DNA of 64,000 nucleotides from Truepera sp. (GCA_965218435.1 CBDCKW010000009.1:1536001-1600000), one strand, 5' to 3'. Shown: positions 38,790-49,811, numbered from the stretch's first letter. The notes: generated from the sequence alone by a model not told the origin. Program-made: numbers and translations.

Positions 38790-40253
38790 TTAATCGGCGG
38801 GCAGCGCCTCTTGGCGAGGCGCGTGTGACGTATTCGTTTGCTTCGGCCCCGCCCAGCGGTAACGCAGATACGCGCCGAGTTCACGGGGCAGTTTAGGCAG
38901 CGTTTCAAAGACAAACGCGTCCGCCGCTTTTTTAATGCCTTCAGAGAGAACCGGGTAAGGAATCACGAGTCCGGAGAGTTTGTAGAGCGACAGGCCGTCG
39001 TAGACCGCTGCTGTCAAGAGTGAAATCATCTCTGAAGCTTTGGGCGCGACGATGGTTGCACCCAGAATACGCCCGGTCAAACGCACCGCGTGAATCTGCA
39101 CAAAGCCGCGCTCCAGGTCTTCGGTGTAGCCTTTATCGGTTTTCGTGAGGTCAATCGTGAGCGTTTTAAGCAGCGCCGGGTGATAGCGTTTTTCGAGCTC
39201 AGCTAGGATCGGGCCGATTTCAGCGACTTCGGGAGCCGTAAAGGTCGCGCTCGGGTAAGGGGGTTCGGGTTTCCAGGTGGGTAAAAAGGGAAAAGCCAAC
39301 CTCTGCACGACGCGCCGCCCCTGTGCGTTCGCCGAGTGGGTGTAGTGCGAGGTCGGGTTGACGTCGCCGATGGCGTAAATCCCTTTGACATCGGTTGCCC
39401 CGTAGGAGTCGGTCGGAATACCGTATTTGTCGAACGAAACCCCAGCGGACTCGAGCCCCAACCCTGCCGTATTAGGTACGCGCCCGACCGCCAAGAGTAC
39501 CTTGTCTACGCTGGTGAGCGCCTTGCGCTGAGCGTTTTGCCCCACCCACAGCGTATGCGTCAGCTCGTCGTAATCCGTGGGTTGTGCGCCCAGATAGAGG
39601 TCAATCCCGGCCTCCCGCATCGCTTCAGCGATGACGTCGGAGACTTTCGGCTCCGACGCCGAGAGAACCCGGTCAGAACGGTTGATCAGCGTTACGCGGC
39701 TACCGAGTTTGCGAAAGGCGAACGCCATTTCGGAGCCGACCACGCCGCCTCCGACGATGACCAAATGCTCGGGTTTAGCGGACAACTCGAACAAACTTTC
39801 ATTCGTCAGGGTCCGCGCTTCGGGCAAGCCCTCAATGGTGATACGCCTCGGACTCGAGCCCGTCGCCACGACGATATTGCGGGCGCTCAGCTCGCGGGTT
39901 TCACCGGTCGCCAGGGTGACCTCGAGCCGGTCAGCATCTAAAAACGTCGCCCGCCCCTCGAAAAAGGTCAAATTTTTCATCCCTTTGACCCAAGCCGTCT
40001 CCTCGTCACGCAGGTGGTTGCGCTTCTCCTGCACGTGCGCCAAAATCTCGGCGGGTGAGCGCCCGCCTGGGTAGGTCACAAGATGAATCAATGTTTTTGA
40101 CGGCACACAGCCGACGTTGGTACAGTCGCCGCCGACCGCGTTCGCCTCGACGAGCGCCACCTGTTTGCCGAGTTTAGACAGACCCACAGCGACAGTCAGC
40201 CCACCTGACCCGGAGCCGATGACAAGGGTGTGAAATGTCGTGTGATCCGTCAT
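38790..40253 (-). CDS. Flavoprotein disulfide oxidoreductase (Lpd/MerA-like)
   Basis: GSGSGG, GGDCTNVGCVPSK redox disulfide, GGGVVG, IYAIGD. C-terminal YPVLSE and no MerA Cys-Cys. Confidence 0.88.
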   Translation of the reverse strand: MTDHTTFHTLVIGSGSGGLTVAVGLSKLGKQVALVEANAVGGDCTNVGCVPSKTLIHLVTYPGGRSPAEILAHVQEKRNHLRDEETAWVKGMKNLTFFEGRATFLDADRLEVTLATGETRELSARNIVVATGSSPRRITIEGLPEARTLTNESLFELSAKPEHLVIVGGGVVGSEMAFAFRKLGSRVTLINRSDRVLSASEPKVSDVIAEAMREAGIDLYLGAQPTDYDELTHTLWVGQNAQRKALTSVDKVLLAVGRVPNTAGLGLESAGVSFDKYGIPTDSYGATDVKGIYAIGDVNPTSHYTHSANAQGRRVVQRLAFPFLPTWKPEPPYPSATFTAPEVAEIGPILAELEKRYHPALLKTLTIDLTKTDKGYTEDLERGFVQIHAVRLTGRILGATIVAPKASEMISLLTAAVYDGLSLYKLSGLVIPYPVLSEGIKKAADAFVFETLPKLPRELGAYLRYRWAGPKQTNTSHAPRQEALPAD

Positions 40254-40993
40254 GCCGTCTCCTTTTGACGCCCCTGCTCACGCCGCTTGAGAAGCCTTGA
40301 ACCAAGTAAACTCAGCGCAAAAATCGCTACTGACGCAATCAGTACGCCCGCGTTCACGCTCGGCAAGCCCTTTGAGAAGTCCCCGTCGGTAGACGCGCCG
40401 AAGAGCACGAACGCCACCGTACCGGGGAGCGAGCCGAGCACTGTCGCCAAGATAAACGGCGCGTAGCGCACCCGCAAAAAGCCCGCCAGATAGTTGACTA
40501 AGTCGTAAGGCAAAAAGAGAAAGCGCATCGTCAACACGGTTTCAAAAGCGTTGCGGCGCAGGCGGTCGGCGTAACCTTGCAAGCGGCCCTCGGGTTTGCC
40601 CGACCCTTCAGCCAAAACCCCACGCCCGAAAAAGGTCCCGATCACATACGCCAAACTCGCGCCCAGGTTTGCCCCGATGATGGTGTAAACGATCCCTAAC
40701 ACCGGCCCGTACAAAAACCCGGCTCCGACGGTCAACACGAGGGCCGAAAAAAAGATCAGGGGCCGCAGCGTGTAGAGCAAGATAAAGAGCAGCGGCCCGT
40801 AGGCGCTCGCGGACAAAAAGCCGACGAGCTGGCGAAAGGTCTCGAGCGGCGTCAAACCGTTGCGGGCGGTATAGAGGACGTAAGCGCCGACGAGTAAAAG
40901 CCAAAACGCGGCGGCAAAGAGCTTTTGGCCGTGTTTTCGCAGCCATGAGGGTTCGGGCGAGTCGGTGACAGCTTTAGGGGCGGACTCAGCCAT
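40250..40993 (-). CDS. TVP38/TMEM64 (VTT/DedA-like, YdjX/Z) membrane protein
   Basis: GAGFLYGP, MRFLFLPYDLVNYLAG, TVLGSLPG. Confidence 0.88.
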   Translation of the reverse strand: MAESAPKAVTDSPEPSWLRKHGQKLFAAAFWLLLVGAYVLYTARNGLTPLETFRQLVGFLSASAYGPLLFILLYTLRPLIFFSALVLTVGAGFLYGPVLGIVYTIIGANLGASLAYVIGTFFGRGVLAEGSGKPEGRLQGYADRLRRNAFETVLTMRFLFLPYDLVNYLAGFLRVRYAPFILATVLGSLPGTVAFVLFGASTDGDFSKGLPSVNAGVLIASVAIFALSLLGSRLLKRREQGRQKETA

Positions 40994-41247
40994 AGCGCAC
41001 ACGACAAGGGACGGCAAAGGGTTTCATAGACCAACTCTACGGGGTCAGCCTGTTTCGTTTCTGTCTTCCATTTGTCATAAGGCGCATGACGGCTGGGCTA
41101 CATGACCTCGAGGTCACTATACTGGCAGCACCTTCCCGGACGTTTCACAGGCTTCCAAACCTGCAACTGCATAAACTGAAAACTACACCGCTCTAACTTT
41201 CAAAGCGTTGGGGTTGCCGGTTTGGTCTCGTTGCTGACACCTTTTGA

Positions 41248-41724
41248 CTATGCTGGATTGACATACCACTCAGATGCAATAGCAAAACCGTTGTCCCGCA
41301 GCATTGTCCGCTTCGGCTCGTCTAAGTGACCACAAACGACGACTGACAGGTGCGCCTCACGGCTCTCAGCTCGCTCACGCACTGCGCCTAGCAGTGCAAC
41401 CCCGACCGTAGCCCATTTCGCCGGGTCTGACACAACGAAATCATCCACCACACAGACGTTTTTACCGGGGTCATAAACTGGCGGGGGCGGGACGATACTG
41501 CCAATGATAAAGCCTTCGACCCCGCCTTCATCCCAGACCAAAGCGATAACGTTAGGACGATCGAGCAATACTTGTAAAAAGGCTTTTTGACTCTCTACCG
41601 CCCCTTCAATCTTACGCCAAAAAGTTGGCGAAAACTGTTCGTACTCCGTTCGTTTGAAGTCGGCTAGTTCGGCCATACGCTCGACATCATGAACTTGTGC
41701 AACCCGCAGCGCCACCACACTCAT
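41248..41724 (-). CDS. GNAT-like acetyltransferase fold protein
   Basis: LRVAQVHDV N-terminus, VDDFVV, VGVALL, LRDNGF. Confidence 0.65.
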   Translation of the reverse strand: MSVVALRVAQVHDVERMAELADFKRTEYEQFSPTFWRKIEGAVESQKAFLQVLLDRPNVIALVWDEGGVEGFIIGSIVPPPPVYDPGKNVCVVDDFVVSDPAKWATVGVALLGAVRERAESREAHLSVVVCGHLDEPKRTMLRDNGFAIASEWYVNPA

Positions 41725-41725
41725 T

Positions 41726-43276
41726 CTAATCCGCCTCTTCTATCTCAGTTTCGGTCACACTCTGCCGGTACGGGGTATCTTCCGCCTCGGCCCCCGGTAC
41801 CCGGTTATACATCTCGGTCAGGTCGGCCAGCGCGGGCGCGAGCCAGCTTTCTAACTGCCCCTCTTCAAACCGCCAACCCCAGTTTCCGCCCGCCTGACCC
41901 GGCGTGTTCATCCGGGCGCTCGAGCCGAGTTGCAACACGTCTTGCAGCGGCACCACCGCGTACTTCGCTACCGACGAATACGCCAAACGGACGAGTTCCC
42001 AGACAATGCCCCGGTCGTCGTGACCCAAGTAGCGCCGCACGAAGTCGCGCTCGTTTTCGGGTGCGGCGTCAAACCAACCTTGCGTCGTATCGTTGTCGTG
42101 GGTGCCGGTATAGACGACGAAGTTTTCCGTGTAGTTGTGCGGCAAGTAGAGATCAGAACCGCCCCCGGCAAAGGCAAACTGCAAGACCTTCATCCCCGGC
42201 AACTTGTTATCATCCCGGAGGTGCTCGACCTCGGGGGTGATGATGCCCAAATCTTCAGCGATGATCGGCAGGTCGCCCAGCTCTTTTTTGAGGGTGTCAA
42301 AGAGCGCCTGACCAGGACCTTTGACCCAGCGGCCATGTTCGGCGGTCGGGTTTTCCGCCGGAATCTCCCAATACGATTCAAAGCCGCGAAAGTGATCGAC
42401 ACGGATCAGGTCGTAAAAGTCCAAAGATGACTGGAAGCGCGACACCCACCAGGCAAAATCGCGGTTTTGCATCTTTTTCCAGCGGTAGAGCGGGTTGCCC
42501 CACCGCTGCCCGGTCTCGCTAAAGTAATCGGGTGGCACCCCCGCGACGACCTCAGGATTACCCTCGTCATTTAAGTAGTAGAGTTCAGGGTTGGCCCAAG
42601 CGTCGGCGGAGTCGTAGGCGATAAAGATCGGGATGTCGCCGATGATTTGGACGCCCCTCGCGTTGGCGTAGTCTTTTAACCCCAACCACTGCGCATAAAA
42701 AAACCACTGCCAGACTTTGTGACGGGTGATGAGCGCCTCATTTTCACCGATAAACTTGGCCAGCGCACGTTTCTTGCGGGTTCTCAGCGCCTCGTCCCAA
42801 CTGTTCCAGGGTTCGCCGCCTTGCGCCTCTTTTAAGGCCATAAAGAGCGCGTAATCGTCTAACCAGTACGCCTGGTCGTCGCAAAACTCACGAAACTCGC
42901 CTTGCTGCTCGTCAGTGGCGACCGTTTGAAACGTTTCGGCGGCGCGGCGCAGCGCAGCGTCCTTAAAGGGGATGACCGTACCATAATCAACCGTACCGGT
43001 ATTGGCGGGGGCGTTTTCCAGATCGGCGGACGTCAGAAAGCCTTGCTCTACCAGCCTGTCTAAACTGACTAGGTTCGGGTTCCCCGCAAACGCACTGAAA
43101 CTCTGATATGGGGAATCGCCGTAACCGGTCGGCCCGAGCGGTAACACCTGCCAGAGTCCCTGCTTGGCCGCCGCTAAAAAATCTATCCAGGCATAAGCGT
43201 GTGCGCCCAAATCACCGACGCCGTGCCCTCCCGGTAACGAAGTCGGGTGCAAAAGAAGACCTGCTGAACGTTCCAT
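41726..43276 (-). CDS. malQ: 4-alpha-glucanotransferase (amylomaltase, GH77)
   Basis: LLHPTSLPG, WQVLPLGPTG, AGVPPDYFSETGQRWGNP, RVDHFRG, IAEDLG, YTGTHDNDT. Confidence 0.96.
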   Translation of the reverse strand: MERSAGLLLHPTSLPGGHGVGDLGAHAYAWIDFLAAAKQGLWQVLPLGPTGYGDSPYQSFSAFAGNPNLVSLDRLVEQGFLTSADLENAPANTGTVDYGTVIPFKDAALRRAAETFQTVATDEQQGEFREFCDDQAYWLDDYALFMALKEAQGGEPWNSWDEALRTRKKRALAKFIGENEALITRHKVWQWFFYAQWLGLKDYANARGVQIIGDIPIFIAYDSADAWANPELYYLNDEGNPEVVAGVPPDYFSETGQRWGNPLYRWKKMQNRDFAWWVSRFQSSLDFYDLIRVDHFRGFESYWEIPAENPTAEHGRWVKGPGQALFDTLKKELGDLPIIAEDLGIITPEVEHLRDDNKLPGMKVLQFAFAGGGSDLYLPHNYTENFVVYTGTHDNDTTQGWFDAAPENERDFVRRYLGHDDRGIVWELVRLAYSSVAKYAVVPLQDVLQLGSSARMNTPGQAGGNWGWRFEEGQLESWLAPALADLTEMYNRVPGAEAEDTPYRQSVTETEIEEAD

Positions 43277-43428
43277 GTCATTTCCCTTCTACTTAAAAAA
43301 ATGGTAAAAATCTGACTGCTGAAATAAAGCCGAGAGAAGGGAGAATGAAGAATATAGGCACCATCCCCAGTCTCTCTTCCGTGTTCTGTATTCTTTTCAC
43401 ACGTCTTATACGCCAATTGGGTTCTAGG

Positions 43429-44361
43429 CTATTTGACAAACGGTTTCCCAATCGCTTTAGGCGCGACCGAGCGGCCGATAAACCCGGCCAAAACGAACAT
43501 CGTCAAGATAAACGGCAAGCTCTGGACGATCGTCGGCGGCATCAACTGGCTGCCGCCCAAAAGCGTCGCCGCCGCCTCGAACGCGCCAAAGAGCAGCGTC
43601 GCGCCGAGCACCCCGAGTGGGTGCCATTTGCCAAAAATCAGTGCGGCCAACGCAATAAACCCCCGACCCCCCGACATCTCCGAAATAAACTGGTTGAGGT
43701 TGCCGATACTTAAAAATGCGCCGCCCAATCCCGCCAGCACCCCTGAAATAACAACCCCGTAGTAACGCATCCGTTTGACGTCAATGCCGACACTGTCAGC
43801 CGCTTCGGGATGCTCCCCAACCGAGCGCAGGCGTAAGCCGAAGGGGGTGTGAAAGAGCACATAGTACGAGACCGGCACCAGCAGAAAGGCCAGATAGACG
43901 AGTGGCGAGAACGAAAACGGCCCGATACTCCACTCCGGCAGTCGGTTACGCACCGGGTCGCTCGTCGCGGAATTGTTGTACAACCCGGTTAAAATGACGG
44001 CGGGCAGTCCTACGGCCATCAGGTTAATCGCCGTCCCGGAGATCACCTGGTCGGCCCGGTAACGAATCGAGATAAAGGCGTGAAGCCAGCCGACGCCGCC
44101 CCCGACGACCGCCGCCGCCAGAACTCCCAGCCACGGCGCGTAAGGGACGACCGCCTGCGGATTTTGAGCCAGGGCGGGCAACTCGGCAAACCGGGCGACG
44201 ACCGCCGCCGCCAATGCGCCGAACAAGATAATGCCCTCGAGCGCGATATTGACCACCCCCGACCGTTCGCTAAACATCCCGCCGAGCGCGGCGAGTAACA
44301 AAGGTGTCGTCGCCCGGAGCGCCGACGCTAGAAGCGTTAAAAGTAAAGCGGTTTCGATCAT
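43429..44361 (-). CDS. Nucleoside/simple-sugar ABC permease (NupC/YufQ-like)
   Basis: SERSGVVNIALEG, GEHPEAADSVG, GRGFIALAALIFGKWHP. Confidence 0.92.
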   Translation of the reverse strand: MIETALLLTLLASALRATTPLLLAALGGMFSERSGVVNIALEGIILFGALAAAVVARFAELPALAQNPQAVVPYAPWLGVLAAAVVGGGVGWLHAFISIRYRADQVISGTAINLMAVGLPAVILTGLYNNSATSDPVRNRLPEWSIGPFSFSPLVYLAFLLVPVSYYVLFHTPFGLRLRSVGEHPEAADSVGIDVKRMRYYGVVISGVLAGLGGAFLSIGNLNQFISEMSGGRGFIALAALIFGKWHPLGVLGATLLFGAFEAAATLLGGSQLMPPTIVQSLPFILTMFVLAGFIGRSVAPKAIGKPFVK

Positions 44362-46631
44362 GTTTCTCCTGTAGGTTCGCTGGTAGTTTCACCTAGACGT
44401 TCCCTTACACGTTCTGCCGTCCGGCTGGGGCGTCCGGGCGGGTCGAGTGGGGTCTCCGGCGGAGCGGGGCGCGTCTCATCGTCGTCGCCGACCGGCCCGC
44501 GCCGTTTGACAGGGTCGGTAAGGCGATCCGGTAAAAAGCCTTTCGCCGCGATAAAGAGCACCACGAGCGCCAGGATCATGTTCACCACGTCTCTGGTCAG
44601 GTCGGTGAAGGTGATGTTAAGGGCGGAGCCCCCGTTTTTAAGCACCCCGAATAAAAACGCCGATAACACCACCCCGAGCGGCGTATTTTGCCCGAGCAGC
44701 GCCACGGCGATGCCGTCGAAACCGTCACCGGTCGGGAGTGACTGACGCAGCGCGTAATCTTCTAACGCGCCGCCCAACACGTAGTGCGACGCCGCCAGTC
44801 CCGCAAACGCGCCGGAGAGCGCCATCGCCCAGACAACACTTGTGGCGATATTCGCGCCGCCGTACTCAGCAGCTTTAGGTGCGAGCCCAACCGCCCGCAG
44901 TTCATACCCCCAAGACGTTCGCCATAAGATCACCCACATCAGCACCGCCGACAAGACGGCGACTAAAAACGACGCGTTGAGTTTCGTCGGTGGAATCAGA
45001 GTGGGCCGTGCGTTGAGGCCGAGCACCCCGAAGATAAAGTAGAGCGCACCCCCGACTAACACGGCCATCAGCAACCGCAGAGGCCAGCGTAACCGCCGCG
45101 CCGCGCCGAGCGCCACAAAAACGAGCAGCGCGACAACCGGGGCAACAAAAAGGCCGAGGTTCAGGGCAACCTCCGTTTCACCAAATGTCCCCGCCGGTAC
45201 GCCGACGATGGCCAGGAGCTGTGGCAGCCGCGCCGCCTCCGAAAGTTCAAACGATTTAGGTTCAGACCCCGGCGCTTTGAACGGCAACCCTAAATTAACG
45301 GAGCCGTCCCCGGCTCTCGGCAGCCCGACAAAAATCAGCACAGCGAGGAGCAGCACACCCGATACGGCGGCCGAAACCCTGGGCGCTTTGGCCATCCGTA
45401 CCCGCGTCGCCGGAACTAAACTCAAGACGATGCCGACGACGATAAAGACGCCGACCGCAACGAAAGCTCGAGCCACCGACTCAGCAAACACTTGCTGCGC
45501 TGAGAGCACAAGTAACAGCAGCGACGCGGCAATATAGTTGAGCAAGATGGTATTGATAACCTCGCTCGCGCCGAAACGAGCTTTGAGCCAGCCCGGGAGC
45601 GCACCCCACAAGCCCCCGCCCAAAGCCGCAGCTAAAACCGCCACCGGCAGCACAATAATTCTCGGCCCCGGTAGGTAAACCCCGGCGAGCATGGCGAAGA
45701 TGCCCCCCAAAACCATCTGCCCCGGCGCGCCGATGTTAAAAAGTCCGGCGCGAAACCCGAACGCAACTGACAACCCGGTAAATATTAAGGGCGTGGCAAA
45801 CTTGAGCGCTTCCATCAACCCGGCCGGATCGGTCAGCGACGTTGCAAACAGGCTCTGATAGGCGTACCAGAGCACGTCGAGACGGCCCGCCAGATACATT
45901 AGCGGGCCGCTGACCGTCACACTCCCGAGCGGCGTCGGTTGCAACGCCAAAATCACCACAGCTGCAGCAAGCAGCGCCAGCACAATCGAAGTTGCTGGAA
46001 CCGCGATAGCGGCAAGCGCCCGGTCCAACAGCCGACCGGCGCGCGGAAACACCCGCAAACCCAAGAGAAAGGCGAGCAAGCCGGTTATAAACGTAAGGGC
46101 CGCAGCCAGACCCGCCGAGGTTGCAGCGTAAGGCAGCTGCCGAATGCGGAGACCGGCGTCTTGTAGGCCGGTGAGCAGGTCGGGCGTTGTCAAGTCGGCG
46201 GCGCGGTCTACCACACGTTGCAAGGCCGCCACATCAGTACGGCGGCCCGGATCAGCGAGCTCTTCTTGGGCGTTCGTTAAAAGCGCCGAAGACTGCGCGT
46301 CCTTGGTGGCGTTTTGCACCGAGGCGTTGCCCCAAACCGTCACCCCGACGAGAACTGCGCCGCCTATAAGCCAGACGCTGGCGCGGCGACGCGCAGGTAG
46401 ACGGCTCCCGGCGGCGACCGCCAGCAGCCCGAGCACCCCGACACCTAAAACGAGACCCTGACCGGGAATTCGCACCGGTTCGGTACGCCCGGTAAAGTCG
46501 TAGGTCCGGTTGGGCAAGACGATGACGGTACCCCTAGCCCCGGTCTCGCGGCTGATCGCCGCCCACGGCGCAGTAAAGAGACCGACGAGCGCGAGGAGCG
46601 CCAAGACGGTTAAGAAAACCTTTTCGTTCAC
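44358..46631 (-). CDS. Nucleoside/simple-sugar ABC permease (NupB/YufP-like) with long N-terminal extension
   Basis: FRAGLFNIG, ASEVINTILLN, GYELRAVG, GFDGIAVALLG; TAAGAT 6 nt upstream of the GTG. Confidence 0.88.
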   Translation of the reverse strand: MNEKVFLTVLALLALVGLFTAPWAAISRETGARGTVIVLPNRTYDFTGRTEPVRIPGQGLVLGVGVLGLLAVAAGSRLPARRRASVWLIGGAVLVGVTVWGNASVQNATKDAQSSALLTNAQEELADPGRRTDVAALQRVVDRAADLTTPDLLTGLQDAGLRIRQLPYAATSAGLAAALTFITGLLAFLLGLRVFPRAGRLLDRALAAIAVPATSIVLALLAAAVVILALQPTPLGSVTVSGPLMYLAGRLDVLWYAYQSLFATSLTDPAGLMEALKFATPLIFTGLSVAFGFRAGLFNIGAPGQMVLGGIFAMLAGVYLPGPRIIVLPVAVLAAALGGGLWGALPGWLKARFGASEVINTILLNYIAASLLLLVLSAQQVFAESVARAFVAVGVFIVVGIVLSLVPATRVRMAKAPRVSAAVSGVLLLAVLIFVGLPRAGDGSVNLGLPFKAPGSEPKSFELSEAARLPQLLAIVGVPAGTFGETEVALNLGLFVAPVVALLVFVALGAARRLRWPLRLLMAVLVGGALYFIFGVLGLNARPTLIPPTKLNASFLVAVLSAVLMWVILWRTSWGYELRAVGLAPKAAEYGGANIATSVVWAMALSGAFAGLAASHYVLGGALEDYALRQSLPTGDGFDGIAVALLGQNTPLGVVLSAFLFGVLKNGGSALNITFTDLTRDVVNMILALVVLFIAAKGFLPDRLTDPVKRRGPVGDDDETRPAPPETPLDPPGRPSRTAERVRERLGETTSEPTGET

Positions 46632-46691
46632 GCGTTTATCTTAACGTTACGGAGAGGTTCACGGGCCGAGGTAACCCAAAGGTAAGCAAAC

Positions 46692-47924
46692 TTAGGAAGT
46701 TGTATCAAAAGCTCTTCCAGATATTACTTCTTTGACCGTTGTCCCTTCTAAGCCATCAGAGGCTTGAAAGTCCCTAGTTCCAGACACTTGATATAGGTAA
46801 GTTCCTATTTGGAATAAGGAACAAGGCTTCTCTGGATTTTGAATGAGGTGCTGCCAAATTTTTCTAGTGTTCTCTTTGTCTTCTCGAGACCATTTTCCAG
46901 CTCCTATGACCAAAGCTGTATTAGCATAGCTTAGCCCTTCCATCTTCATGCGACCTGTTGTAGTAACAGTTGTATTCGTAAAGATTGTGACTAATAGCCA
47001 ACGGCAGGTCTATAACTAGAGACGAAGATAAATTGTCGTTTAGATAAAGCCTTAGCTCAGTCTTCAAGTCGTCCCTAATATAGATGGAAGCAGCAAGATG
47101 AACAAAAGGCTCTAACCCTAAACCTCGGTAAGGCCCTCAGTTTCGCAGAAGACTCCATTAAGATCAACCACGCCAAGAACCAATTGTCCGCTGGCTTGAA
47201 ATTTGCAGTAAATCCTCAAGGGGTTATACCTATCTGCAGTTGATGGATACTTGAAGTCAAATACATAGGCATCTTGCACGAAGGTTTGCTCGGGAAAAGC
47301 CACGTAAGCGTGAACCTCAAGGTCACGCAAACTTTGTAAGAGCTGAACCCCGAGCTTATATACTACTTCGGCTATCTCTAGCAGATTTTGTTGCAACTGT
47401 TGCCCCATAAAAGCGACCATGCTAGCGAAGTTACTTGGCATAGAAACTGAAAAACGTGCACCTCCCTGATTTACAGCGAAAGACCTTATCAGCTCTCGAG
47501 GAGTATAAATCTTGCCATCAAAGTACGCTGCTGGGGAATCCAAAAATTCGTCAATGGTTAGAAGGTTGTCTAAAGTGTGCAGATCAATTTTTAAGTTCAA
47601 AGGTGCCCAAACAACAACCGTATTCTCCGGCATATCTCGATGATCTATGGGAGTGAATCCGACTTTTAGGGACATCCTGAGACTTTTGGAAACAGCCAAA
47701 AGCAAAGGTTCATTACTACTGCTTTTCTCGGTAAGCAAAAGTCTCAATTGCCCGTACAAAGGTAAAAAATGATGTAGCTTTCCCAACTCAACCAAATCCA
47801 TACAGTCGCGCACAACGAGAAGCGACTGCGTTAGCTCATTGATGCGCATACCAAGTGGTTTAGAAACCATCTGGTACTTGTTATTCGATGGATTCTTGCG
47901 TCCTTTTTTGCTTTTCTTCGACAT
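46692..47924 (-). pseudogene. AT-rich foreign gene, apparently split by two frameshifts
   Basis: The 268-aa ORF (47924-47118), an overlapping open frame 47130-46921 (EPFVHLAASIYIRDDLKTELRLYLN...) and ORF 46949-46692 tile continuously. Visibly lower GC than the flanks. Confidence 0.55.
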
Positions 47925-47985
47925 CTTAATATTTTAATAGCTATTTTGGCTGACGGAATATCCAAAGTCGGCACTATGGATCAAG

Positions 47986-48858
47986 CTAACGCCTGACTAA
48001 AATCCCCGCCCGGTAGAGCGCCGCTAAAAAACCCGCCTCTTGCGCCTCCAAGGGCGTCTCTTCAACCCGGACCAAACAGTAACGAAACCCGGCTTGCACC
48101 ACCGCCGCACGCGTCCGGGCGAGAAAACGCTGCACCGCCTCCCGGTAAAGCTGCACCTCGCCCTCGCCAACCTCGAGCGTCCCCCCCGTTTCGCTGTCTT
48201 TAACCTCGAGGCGTCGGCCCTCGGGCTCGAGGTCAAAGATACTCAGTAGCTGCACAAAACACACGTCGAGCCGCCGCGCCCGGAGCGCCGTCAGGGCGGG
48301 AGTCAGTGAAGCCTCGTCAAACAGGTCGGACAACACGACGACCATCCCGGCCGCGTAAGCCGAACGCGCCGCGAACGCTGACAGTGCGGCGGCGGGCGCT
48401 TCTTGGGCCGGTTCAGGGGTGTCGCCGATAAAGCGCCACAACTCCGGAAGCTGCGTACGCGTCCCCCCGCGTGGGCTGGTTGCGCCACCAAAACGCCCGA
48501 CTTGGGTCCGCATCCCGAGCGAGGTTGTCACCAGCATTGCCGCAAGTCGCTGCGCTGCCCCGAGTTTGCCCCCGACGTTCATACTTGGTGAGGTGTCAAT
48601 CAAGACCTGCAGCGCCGAGGTGCGTTCAGCTTGATAAAGCCGCGTCATCAGTTTGCCGGTGCGGGCGTAGGCTTTCCAGTCCACATAACGCAGTTCGTCC
48701 CCGGCACCGTAGGGGCGCACGTCGAAAAATTCCAAGCTCTGCCCCGCCTCACGTACGAGCCGCTCACCTGAAGCTGTGGTCAGGACTCTGGGCGCAGGCG
48801 CGTAACGCGACAACAACGCCCGGGTCGGGGTGCTCAGGGTTAAGGGAGTCTGGGACAC
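47986..48858 (-). CDS. DUF58 domain protein
   Basis: EFFDVRPYGAGDELRYVDWKAYAR, DTSPSM, VVLSDL. Confidence 0.9.
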   Translation of the reverse strand: MSQTPLTLSTPTRALLSRYAPAPRVLTTASGERLVREAGQSLEFFDVRPYGAGDELRYVDWKAYARTGKLMTRLYQAERTSALQVLIDTSPSMNVGGKLGAAQRLAAMLVTTSLGMRTQVGRFGGATSPRGGTRTQLPELWRFIGDTPEPAQEAPAAALSAFAARSAYAAGMVVVLSDLFDEASLTPALTALRARRLDVCFVQLLSIFDLEPEGRRLEVKDSETGGTLEVGEGEVQLYREAVQRFLARTRAAVVQAGFRYCLVRVEETPLEAQEAGFLAALYRAGILVRR

Positions 48859-48863
48859 AAGCT

Positions 48864-49811
48864 CTACTTGACGGTTTTGAGCAGCTCGGCGATCACCTCG
48901 TCCGGCGTCGTGCCCGACACTTCCGCTTCGAAGTTTAACAGCAACCGGTGCCGGAGCGCAGCTGGGGCAGCCCGCCGGAGGTCGCCCAGCTCGACGTTCG
49001 GACGGCCTGCTGCGAGCGCGTAGCCTTTGGCGGCCAAGACCATCGCCTGTGCGCCGCGCGGCGACGCGCCGAGCCGCACGAGCGGGTGTGCGTGACTCGC
49101 CTCGACGAGGTTCACGACGTACTCCAGAGCGCGGCTGGCAATCGGCACCGCGCGGAGCGTGGTTTGCAACGCTGAAAGTTCCGCGTGGCTGATAACTTGC
49201 GTGACTTCAGCTTCAGACGCGCCCGTCGTCGCGGAAAGAATCTGCGTCAGCGTCGGGGCGTCGGGACGCGGCACCAAAATCTTAAACAAAAACCTGTCGA
49301 GCTGCGCTTCAGGGAGCGGATAGGTACCTTCCATCTCGAGCGGGTTCTGCGTCGCCAGCACGGTAAATGGTCTCGGCAGCGGGTGCTCCTCGCCGGAAAC
49401 CGTCACTGAACGCTCTTGCATCGCCTCGAGCAAAGCCGACTGCGTTTTAGGCGTCGCCCGGTTGATCTCGTCGGCCAACAAAACCTGATGAAAGACCGGC
49501 CCCGGTTGAAAGGTAAAGTGAGCGCGGCCGTGCTCTTCGCTTAAAAGCGTCGTCCCGGTCACGTCGGCGGGCATCAGGTCGGGCGTGAACTGCACGCGCC
49601 CGAAGGTGAGGTCGGTCGCGCCCGCTAAGGCCCGCACCAAGCGGGTTTTGCCGAGACCGGGAGCACCCTCTAAAAGCGCGTGCCCGCCCGCCAAAACGAC
49701 GACCAGCAAATCTTCAACGACCGCTTGCTGCCCGAGGATCGCGCCTTCGACAGCTTCGGCGAGCGCCTTAAACCGCTTTGCAAAAACCGTGTGCGGCCCC
49801 TGTTCACTCAT
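48864..49811 (-). CDS. MoxR family AAA+ ATPase
   Basis: [52 protein letters not shown]. Confidence 0.94.
   Translation of the reverse strand: MSEQGPHTVFAKRFKALAEAVEGAILGQQAVVEDLLVVVLAGGHALLEGAPGLGKTRLVRALAGATDLTFGRVQFTPDLMPADVTGTTLLSEEHGRAHFTFQPGPVFHQVLLADEINRATPKTQSALLEAMQERSVTVSGEEHPLPRPFTVLATQNPLEMEGTYPLPEAQLDRFLFKILVPRPDAPTLTQILSATTGASEAEVTQVISHAELSALQTTLRAVPIASRALEYVVNLVEASHAHPLVRLGASPRGAQAMVLAAKGYALAAGRPNVELGDLRRAAPAALRHRLLLNFEAEVSGTTPDEVIAELLKTVK

Noticed and set aside
38790..40253. Mercuric reductase MerA
   Set aside because: No C-terminal Cys-Cys pair, no NmerA domain and no mer genes nearby.
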